A stretch of DNA of 64,000 bases from positions 864,001 to 928,000 of the forward strand of contig CAVSGI010000009.1 of NCBI GenBank assembly GCA_963727445.1, in the 5' to 3' direction. The notes under the pieces are model-generated. The model was given only the letters and a program-made list of their open reading frames with translations, was not told the origin of the DNA and ran no database searches. How positions within the stretch are numbered: position 1 is the stretch's first letter; each line of letters opens with the position of its first letter. This DNA is from an uncultured delta proteobacterium (GTDB lineage: Bacteria > Myxococcota_A > Polyangia > Polyangiales > B10-G4). Made by a program: the position numbers and the translations under genes. Shown here one piece after another: positions 55,841 through 64,000 of the stretch.

Positions 55841-57674
55841 CACCGAAGCTCCAGCTGAGCCTTGCCGGCGCGATCACGGTATCGAGCCTCGTCGGGTGTG
55901 GCGGTGACGCTCACCCCCCGCCTCCTTCCCGTTGCTTCTCCGAGCAGAGCGTGATCACCTGCACGGCCAGCGCGACGGGCGTATGCTTGGAATACGACAT
56001 GACCGGCGCTTGCATCGGTGGAAGAGAAGACCAACCCGACCACGTTCCGGCCGAGGTCGTTGCGCTCGGTCATCCGCCCTGCGGTGCCTACGCACGGTTT
56101 GGGGTGACTCGGCCCGATGGCGGGCCACCGACCCCGGAGGAAGGCCAGGCTGAGTGTGAGCGGATTGATTGCGGTGATTGCGAGGCTCCTCCAGTAGACG
56201 GTGGGGTCGCCCCTTGTGAGTCCTGTGCCGCGACCTTCGTCGCTTGGGGGATGGAATGCCCTCCCGAAGACAGGACGTTGAGCGCCTGCCCCGAGGAGAG
56301 GCGTGGTGGCACTAGCACCGGGAGTGGTGATGGCGGCGTCGATGGCAGCGAGACACCCGAGCCCGGCTCCTTCCGCATCCTCAGCTTCCCCTGGGCCGGC
56401 CCGGGCGGGGGCATTGGGGACCCGGTCGCCGAGACCGAGCTGCCCGACGCATTGGCACCGACCGGCGGCATCACCGTCGTACGGATGGAAGTCCTGCCCG
56501 AGCTCGGCGCGCACGAGCCGCGCCTCTTCGTCGTCACCAGCGGCGTCGCCGGAGGTACGCCGCCGTTGGTGGCTGCGTTCACATTCGAGCCGAACGCGGA
56601 CGGAACCGGAGCCGAGGGCGTCCTCGACTACGGCCTCGACACGGATGGAGACGGCGATCCGGACAGCCCCTTTCCGCTGCCTGTTCCCGCCGCGCGCGGG
56701 GGCACCGCCGCCGTCACCTCGGTCGACTTCTTCACGGCCCTCTCGAGCGACGACCCCTGGGCGCTCGTCGGCACCACGAGTGGCGTCTTCCTCTTCGACA
56801 TGACCGAGGATGGTCCGATAGCCATCGTGGACCCGCTGTCCGCCGATCCCACGATGACCGGCACGGGCGCGGCGGTCGTCGCTAACATCTCCACGTTCTA
56901 CGGTCTGGATCCGGTGTTTCACGATCCGCTGGCTGGACAGACGTGGACGGCGTTCACGACCTCGATGACAGCGACCTCGACGTTGACCGTCACGCAGAAC
57001 CTCGGCGGACCTTCTCCGCAAGGAACGCTTACGAGCGCCTCAACAGATGGGGTATCGCGGAGCATGAGCGTCGCGGGAACCCCCGACTTTCCTCCGGGAA
57101 TCTGGGTCGGGGAAGTCCCGGCCGAAATCGAGAGCTTTCAATCGGGAAGCTTCTCTCCGGCAACGCTAGCCCGAAGAGAATCGGTCTCCGTCGAGGGCCC
57201 ACTAACCGTCAGCGCGCTCGCCGGTCCCGTCGCGACGAGCGCGAGCGATCAGCTCGTCGCCGCGCTCGACTCCACGAGCGGTGCGCCCACCGTCTCACTC
57301 CAGGCGTTCACCGGGGGAACCTCGACAACGTCCCGGCGATGACCGACTTCGCTGGTACCGTCGTCGGAATGGAACCGGTCGTTCTCGGGCCGGGAGGCCC
57401 GGTGGGGCCCGGCGTCTTTGGCGAGTTCTACGTCATCGTCCTGAGTCGCGGCCCGGGTGTGATCCGCGTGTTCTACCCGAGGACCGCGACCGCCGGCGGG
57501 TTCATCCTGAACGACGAGCAGGACCTGGAAGCGACGCTCACGCCCCTGGCATTCGCGCTTGGCCTCGAGCCGGGCGAGATCCCCGAGATACCCCCTCCCC
57601 CGGAGGAGCCGGAGCCGGAGGCGGGGCTCGCGTTCATCCACGTCCTGGTTCTCGAGGCGCCGACGGGGCCCTGA
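55837..57674 (+). CDS. Cys-rich lipoprotein, frameshift in a G-run near 57315
   Basis: Lipobox LVGC; coding continues in the frame of ORF 56943..57674. Confidence 0.68.
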
Positions 57675-57686
57675 GGTCGGAGGAGG

Positions 57687-58718
57687 ATGAGCAAGACGTT
57701 CATTGCAGCGGCCCTCCTCGCGCTTGGAACGGCGTGCAGCGGGCCGCCTGCGACGAACGACGCGAGCATGCCCGACGGTGGAGCGGGTGACGCGGGGACG
57801 ACAGGTTTCCTCACCGTGAGCAGCGTACACCGCGGAAACTGTGCCCTTCATTCGTCGAGGCGCGCGGTGTGCTGGGGGGACATCAACCCGGATGGTTTCT
57901 GGATCGACGATGTCGACGAGGCGGAAGCCGGCTTCGGGCCCTGCTTTCTTCGGGGTACGACGGCGATGTGTTTCAGGGTGGCGGACCTCGGCATGCAACC
58001 GTGGCCCGTCCCCCCTGCGGACTACCGAATGGTAGGCGCCGGCAACGCCCAAGCGTGCGGGCTCCGCACGGATGGGTCCGCGATTTGCTGGGACGCGGCC
58101 GGGCGCATCTACGACAATGATCCAATCTACACCGAAAGGTTCTTGAAGATCCGAGTCGATTGGGCGTTGGCGTGTGGGATCACCGAGTCCGGAAGCGCCT
58201 CGTGCTGGAACATTGGTATCCCTCCCGAGACGTTGTTTCCTGCACCGCTTCCCGGCGACGAGTACATCGATGCCAGCAACGATGGTTTCTCTTCGTGTGG
58301 AATCAATCTAGCCGGTGAGGTTCGGTGCGCGCCAGGAATCTGTCGCGTGGACGGGGCCACCGGCGAGACGACCTGCAACGAGCCGACCTTCCCAGCCGCC
58401 GACGGCGGGCGAGAGACGTGGTCCGAAGCCGCGGGCGATCCGCCGCCCGGGCCGTTCACGAAGATCTCCATGATGGCAGATGCCAGAAGCGCGGGTCTTT
58501 GCGCCCTCAGGCCCACCGGTGAGGTCGTCTGCTGGGGCCGGGCGTACGAGATGTACCTGCGCGACACCGAGCCTCACGGCGTCTTGTTCCGCGACATCGC
58601 CACAGGTTCCAGTCACGCCTGCGGCGTCACTCTCGACGATGGCGAGATCCTCTGCTGGGGCACCGCGCCCCCCGGCCAGGACTTCGGCCAGACGCGGCCC
58701 CCGCCGCCAGGGCCGTGA
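57687..58718 (+). CDS. Divergent RCC1-like repeat lipoprotein
   Basis: GGAGGAGG SD; lipobox GTAC; repeated ACG....G...CW(G). Confidence 0.78.
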   Translation: MSKTFIAAALLALGTACSGPPATNDASMPDGGAGDAGTTGFLTVSSVHRGNCALHSSRRAVCWGDINPDGFWIDDVDEAEAGFGPCFLRGTTAMCFRVADLGMQPWPVPPADYRMVGAGNAQACGLRTDGSAICWDAAGRIYDNDPIYTERFLKIRVDWALACGITESGSASCWNIGIPPETLFPAPLPGDEYIDASNDGFSSCGINLAGEVRCAPGICRVDGATGETTCNEPTFPAADGGRETWSEAAGDPPPGPFTKISMMADARSAGLCALRPTGEVVCWGRAYEMYLRDTEPHGVLFRDIATGSSHACGVTLDDGEILCWGTAPPGQDFGQTRPPPPGP

Positions 58719-58727
58719 GGGTCGAAT

Positions 58728-58799
58728 CGGCACAAGCCGCTGGGGGATGCGGCGGACGTGCCGAAGCAGATCGAGTATCGGAAGCTGACGCGGAGTTGA
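58728..58799 (+). pseudogene. ettA: Diverged fragment of the ettA 3' end
   Basis: Translates [23 protein letters not shown] vs Ett[24 protein letters not shown]. Confidence 0.85.
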
Positions 58800-58836
58800 A
58801 GGCGATCCAAGTCCGACTCATCGAGACGGCGGCGCC

Positions 58837-58862
58837 CGCGCGCGATCACTTTCCCCGGGGAA
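58837..58862. repeat. Motif M, copy 2
   Basis: CGCGCGCGATCACTTTCCCCGGGGAA identical to 53170..53195. Confidence 0.8.
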
Positions 58863-58909
58863 TGGACATCGCTGTCACAGCAGCCCGAAAGGCTCCAGGT
58901 GTCGCGGGC

Positions 58910-59392
58910 TCATTCGTCGAGGTCGTCGATCAGACCTGCCTCCTCGAGCATCGCGATATCGGCCTGATCCTTCGGCCGTCCCGCCGCGCGTTTCGTGAGC
59001 ACGTACTCGCGCTTTCCGAGAAAGGGAACCGTCTGGTCGTCGATGGTGATCTCGTTGCGGCCGCGCCATGCTTCTTCGAAGGTGACGCCATCGATGCCGG
59101 TCGTCACGTCGATCGCCAGTGGCGCTCGACCGATCGAGAACATCCGATCTCGTTCGGACATGTGCATAGGGATCTTCGCGACCAGCCTCTCGAACCCTCC
59201 GAACTCCGCGAGAGCATCGGCGAGCCGTCGTGCGTTCTCGCCTGACGCTTCGACGAAGACGTCGAGATCGTCTGAGAAGCGCGGCCTACCCAGCGTCGCC
59301 AGGACGTGGGCGCCGATCACCACGAAGCGAACGTCGTGGCGCTTCAGCGAGAACAAAAACTCTTTGAAGTCGCTGTGAAGGGCCGTCTTCAT
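58910..59392 (-). CDS. Predicted nucleotidyltransferase (DUF6036-like)
   Basis: FVVIGAHVL...GRPRFSDDLDVFV, IDGVTFEEAW, KRAAGRPKDQADI. Confidence 0.82.
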   Translation of the reverse strand: MKTALHSDFKEFLFSLKRHDVRFVVIGAHVLATLGRPRFSDDLDVFVEASGENARRLADALAEFGGFERLVAKIPMHMSERDRMFSIGRAPLAIDVTTGIDGVTFEEAWRGRNEITIDDQTVPFLGKREYVLTKRAAGRPKDQADIAMLEEAGLIDDLDE

Positions 59393-59531
59393 AGGCGCTC
59401 GTCCGTAGCTCTTCCAAGGCGATGAGTCCCTCGATGGGTGTCAACGCGGCGGCACGCTCGCGAATGAAGCGCTCGTTGTCGCTGGTCTGACCCAAGCGAA
59501 ATGACTCGTCCACGTGGATAGTGTGCCGCAT
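59286..59531 (-). CDS. Small partner protein overlapping the nucleotidyltransferase start (candidate TA partner)
   Basis: 81-aa ORF ...LTPIEGLIALEELR...RLQRVF, overlapping the downstream gene. Confidence 0.55.
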   Translation of the reverse strand: MRHTIHVDESFRLGQTSDNERFIRERAAALTPIEGLIALEELRTSAYEDGPSQRLQRVFVLAEAPRRSLRGDRRPRPGDAG

Positions 59532-59589
59532 TTTCGAGTCGGGGTCATGAACCGCCTCGACTTCGCGCGTGGCCTGGGGCGAGTACTCG

Positions 59590-60036
<447 letters not shown>

Positions 60037-60184
60037 GCCGCCCCTCTCCGACCCGGCGGGGACGTCGTTCACTTTTGACGCAACCCAGGCGAGCGCGATC
60101 GAACGCGGGTCGTTGCCGGATCGCGCGACCCGGGCTGGTCAAAAGTGCACTGCGTCCCCTTCCAACGTCCTTGGGGGGGACGCA

Positions 60185-60342
60185 CGGATTCGGAGGTCGG
60201 ATTCGGAGGTCGGATTCGGAGGTCGGATTCGGATTCGGATTCGGTGTCGGATTCGGATTCGGATTCGGAGTTCGGTGTCGGATTCGGATTCGGAGTCGGG
60301 GGCGGGGGCGGATTCGGAGTTCGGATTCGGAGTTCGGATTCG
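60185..60342 (+). repeat. Microsatellite copy B (CGGATT / CGGAGGT / CGGAGTT / CGGTGT), 158 bp
   Basis: Directly visible. Confidence 0.95.
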
Positions 60343-60347
60343 TGATC

Positions 60348-60410
60348 GGACCCTGAGGTGCGTGGTGTTGCTCATGGGGGGTATGAGCAACACCACGCAC
60401 CTCAGGGTCC
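60348..60410 (+). promoter_or_regulatory. Perfect 28-bp hairpin over the start of the four-helix-bundle gene, copy B
   Basis: Identical to 52765..52827. Confidence 0.9.
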
Positions 60411-60721
60411 TTCGGGATACGATCCAAATCATTCGTGAGCTTCGGCCGGTCATCGGGCGGCTGAAGAAGCGGAACGCGAAGCTGGCGGATCAGCTGGAGC
60501 GGGCCGCGACGAGCAGCGCGTTGAACCAGGGCGAAGGGAATGCGATGCGGGGCGGCAATCGCCGCAAGCACTTCGACATCGCGCTGGGCTCGACCCAGGA
60601 AGTGAGGGTCGCCCTCGAGACGGCGGCGGCCCTCGGGTACATCCCCGACGAGATCGTCACCCGATTCGATCCACGACTCGACTCGATCTGCGCGCGGCTG
60701 TATCGGCTCGCGGGGTATTGA
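60383..60721 (+). CDS. Four-helix-bundle protein, copy B (identical protein)
   Basis: Same 112-aa sequence; 3 synonymous SNPs. Confidence 0.88.
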   Translation: MSNTTHLRVLRDTIQIIRELRPVIGRLKKRNAKLADQLERAATSSALNQGEGNAMRGGNRRKHFDIALGSTQEVRVALETAAALGYIPDEIVTRFDPRLDSICARLYRLAGY

Positions 60722-60725
60722 GCGG

Positions 60726-62510
60726 GGCTCGCGAATGGCGTCCGCCGGCGGCCCGGCGGCGGATCGCCGATTCGGCGGCGCAACTGCCGACAATCACTGA
60801 CCGTGATGCGGGCACAGATGTTGCCGAGCCGCGTGCGTGCAGCGCCTCTCGTCGACGTCGCGGAAGTATGCCCGCCGCGACCGCGAGCGCTCCGCTCTGC
60901 ACCAGACGGTCCGTGAGCACCTCGAGACGTTCCTGGCGGAGACCCGGACCACGGACCGGGACGGCGTCGGTGTTCCGGCTTTCGTCGAGGCTGAGCTCCG
61001 GCGCTTCCTCGAATGCGGCGTCCTCGCTCATGGCTTCGCGCGCTTTCGCTGCGACGCGTGCGGCACGGACCGCCTCGTGGCGTTTAGCTGCAAGGGTCGC
61101 GGTTTCTGCCCTTCCTGCGGCGGGCGCCGCATGACCGCGCAGGCGGCGCACCTCGTCGACGAGGTCCTACCACCGGTCCGCATGCGGCAATGGGTGCTCA
61201 GCCTCCCCTTCGAGCTCCGCTATCGTCTCGCCTTCGACCACGAGCTCAGTCGCGCCGTCCTCGCCGTCTTCACGCGGGCGATCTTCGGCTTCCTCCGGGA
61301 CCGCGCGAAGAGGCGCGGGCATCCAGGAGGTCGCGCAGGCAGCGTCACGGTCATCCAGCGCTTCGGCGGCGCGCTCAATCTCAATCCGCACTTCCACACG
61401 CTCGTCCCGGATGGGGTGTTCCTCGAGGCGCCGGATGGATTCGGTCCGCTTTCACCGCCTCCCGCCCCCGACTGACGAGGAGGTCGCGGCCCTGCTCACC
61501 ACCCTCGTCGCGCGTCTGCGGCGCCTGTTGATCCGCCGCGGCGTCTGGCGGGAGGGCGACGACGGAACGGACTACGTCGATCCCACCCTTCACGAGCGCC
61601 TCGGCGCCGCCGCCATCCAGCAGGTCGCGCTCACCGGTCCGCGGGCACTTCTCTCCACGCGCCGCATCCGGACCGCTCCGCCCAAGACGTCACCGAAAGT
61701 CCTCGGCCGCCGCCGCGCCCGCCAGGACGGATTCGACCTGCACGCCAACACCGCCGTGCGCGGCAAGAACCGCCCGCGACTCGAGCGCATCTGCCGCTAC
61801 CTGCTCCGGCCCCCCGTGTCGGAGTCGCGCATCGAGCGGCACGGCGATCGTGTGCTGCTCACTCTGAAGACCCCCTACGATGACGGCACCACGCACCTGA
61901 GCTTCGAGCCCACCGAGCTCCTCGGGCGCCTCGCCGCCCTCGTCCCCCGCCCTCAGAAGAATCTCCTCCTCTACCACGGCGTCTTCGCGGCCAACGCGAA
62001 GCTGCGCAAGCAGGTCGTCGCGTACGGGCGTCCCTCCGAGCCAGGCAAGGGCCCGAAGCACAGCACGTCCAAACGCAAGCGTCACAACCCGAGCTGGGCA
62101 GAGCTCATGCGTCGCGGCCTCGACATCGACGCGCTCGAATGCCCGAAGTGCCACTCCCGCATGCGCTTCGTCGCCTCAATCCTGAGACCGGCCACCATCC
62201 GCCGCATCCTCGAGAGCCTCGACCTGCCGGCAGAGCCAGTCGTGCCCGCCCCGGCGCGCGCACCGCCCAACGACGACGACCTCTTCTTCGACGTCGCCTG
62301 AGCGGCTCCGTTCGAGTCGTCGACGTCGCGATCCGTCCGCCGCTCGACCCTCGCCTGAAGATCGGGTCATCATGCCTTTCATGCCCCGTCCGGTTTCCAG
62401 CCTCCACGGAAGCCAACCCCTTCACCGGACGCCCGAGTTTCGCAGTAGGTATGATCTGTCGACTCGCGCCTCCGGCGGGAGTGGCGGGAGGCCGTTTGTG
62501 ATGGCTATCC
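60726..62510 (+). mobile_element. IS91/ISCR-like element (ends inferred)
   Basis: Transposase plus oriIS-like CCGTTTGTGATGGCTATCC at 62492..62510, followed by a visible shift to AT-richer DNA; imperfect hairpin upstream. Confidence 0.6.
60837..62301 (+). CDS. IS91-family (HUH Y2, rolling-circle) transposase with N-terminal Zn-binding domain, frameshift near 61440
   Basis: CGVLAHGFARFRC..C, AFSCKGRGFCPSCG, RQWVLSLP, NPHFHTLV (HUH), LERICRYLLRP, YHGVFA, C-terminal CPKC. Confidence 0.92.
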
Positions 62511-62743
62511 ACAACCGACGACCTTCGGGTTATGAGGTGAAAAAATGGGTCGATCGGGTGGGTGGTGGAAGTGCTTGGGATTGCTTGATTTGCGAAATGA
62601 TAACTAGGAGTTGGGCTGCATCGCCGTGTCACGGGACGTCACGCGAGATCACGTCATCGCCCGAAGTCATGTCAACCACATGTCACCCCTGACCCCTGGG
62701 ATGTGGGATTCAGGCATTCCAGTGGGGTCCCAGCGCGGACGAA

Positions 62744-63793
62744 CTATGAACCTTGGGGGATGCGTTGCGGAAGATGAGTGCCGACGAGCTCACCCCAGCA
62801 GTACATTTCCTCGTCGGTGGTGAGGGCACAGGAGGACTCGTCGGAACAATCGAGGTCGATAACTGGTGGCAGACCGTCCACGAGTTGCGGTGTGATTTCA
62901 CATGAACGCCCGCCGCATGCATCTCGCCGCACCGGGGGGCTGGAGACTTGTCCGTACGTGTTCCTGCCCCAGCAGTAGACGTTCCCGCGTTCTCCCAAGG
63001 CACAACTATGCTCGGCTCCCGCGCAGACGGCGCCTACAGGTTCCGCAACTGTAGGCGTGACCAGCTCGACCGAGAAAGCAGTCGTCTCCCCATTTCCTAG
63101 CTGCCCCGAGTTGTTGGCTCCCCAGCACAGGATCCCCGTGGATCTTGCAACGCACACATGGCGCTGACCAATTGCCATGTCTTCGATCCCATTGAGCGCC
63201 ATGACAGATTCTGTTCGATACAGAGTCTCTTCACCAACGCACGCAGGTTGGCCTTGGTCGTTCCAGGAACACGACAGTCGTGGTCCCAACTCGATGCCAG
63301 TACCAGGCGCAGCTTCAGGCAGTCGGAACGGCGAGTCGCCAATGCACCGAACGCCGACGGTGCTTCCTCCGCAGGAGAGTTGTTCTGACAAAGAGATGTG
63401 GGCGACACCGAACAAACCTTCAACCTGGACCGGCGTTGTAGCGCATGAGAACTCGCTGCCGTCAACAAGGCAGCGCTCGCTCGCGCGGTCACCAATTTGA
63501 CTCCAACGATCGCTACCCCAGCACGAGACGACGCCGTCGTCGAACTGGCTGCAGGTGTGAAACCTGCCCGCAGCCATCTGGCTGGCAATGTCAACGAGCG
63601 GAACAGGCACGAGCATCGGTGACGCGACTCGATCTCCCTGGCCAAGTTGCCCGGCCCAGCTGTTTCCCCAACAAAGGACACGCCCCTCGCCGTTGAGCAT
63701 GCAGGAGTGCTCCGCCCCCATCGAAATCGAGGCAGTGAGTTCCAATGGGAGGGGCTGCGAAGGCTGCGAACAACCGAGAGCAAGAAACAACAT
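62744..63793 (-). CDS. RCC1-repeat lipoprotein with atypical, AT-richer codon usage
   Basis: Lipobox LALGC; repeated HSC...CWGxNxxGQLG; start could lie further upstream (63916). Confidence 0.82.
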   Translation of the reverse strand: MLFLALGCSQPSQPLPLELTASISMGAEHSCMLNGEGRVLCWGNSWAGQLGQGDRVASPMLVPVPLVDIASQMAAGRFHTCSQFDDGVVSCWGSDRWSQIGDRASERCLVDGSEFSCATTPVQVEGLFGVAHISLSEQLSCGGSTVGVRCIGDSPFRLPEAAPGTGIELGPRLSCSWNDQGQPACVGEETLYRTESVMALNGIEDMAIGQRHVCVARSTGILCWGANNSGQLGNGETTAFSVELVTPTVAEPVGAVCAGAEHSCALGERGNVYCWGRNTYGQVSSPPVRRDACGGRSCEITPQLVDGLPPVIDLDCSDESSCALTTDEEMYCWGELVGTHLPQRIPQGS

Positions 63794-64000
63794 GGGTACG
63801 AGGACGGGCGCCTTGGAGCTGCCCGGCCAGCCTCCCCTAGGTGCAGGAGTGGTCGCCGCGTGGTCCGCACGCGAAGGGCTAAAGTAGGAAGGACGCGAAG
63901 CGAAGATCATCGGCACGCGCTTAGCACGTCAGCGAGCGAAGCGTCCAAACCGGCTCGAGTGCCGGCTCCGCTGACCGTCGCTTCGGTAACCTGTGCCTGC

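Noticed and set aside
61430..61475. Programmed frameshift in the transposase
   Set aside because: No slippery heptamer, IS91 transposases are single ORFs, and the indel matches the error pattern elsewhere in the window.
63925..63980. Inverted repeat GTCAGCG...CGCTGAC near the window end
   Set aside because: Short, GC-rich and lacking context at the window edge; a function cannot be supported.

Overview
High-GC bacterial DNA that looks like a myxobacterium (Polyangia/Sandaracinaceae-like). This is an inference from the Ser/Thr kinases, FHA-sigma54 activator, Cys-rich, RCC1 and vWA lipoproteins, and an AgmX/TonB-C protein. Bases ~1-52.4 kb are mostly core-type genes, ending in the ABC-F gene ettA. 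About ten genes are split by single-base indels, most likely sequencing errors. From the 3' end of ettA onward (~52-64 kb) the DNA is an accessory region with a repeated architecture. The ettA 3' tail occurs three times: native, a diverged ~72-bp tail, and a 447-bp copy differing only at synonymous sites. Two of these tails are followed by the same module: a nested hairpin, a variable-length CGGATT/CGGAGTT microsatellite, a perfect 28-bp hairpin that pairs with the start of the gene, and a four-helix-bundle gene. Between the tails lie a secreted-lipoprotein operon and a nucleotidyltransferase gene pair. After them come an IS91/ISCR-like rolling-circle transposase and an RCC1 lipoprotein. This ettA-tail/four-helix-bundle array is the best candidate for an undescribed system. 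All calls come from reading motifs by eye; no database searches were run.
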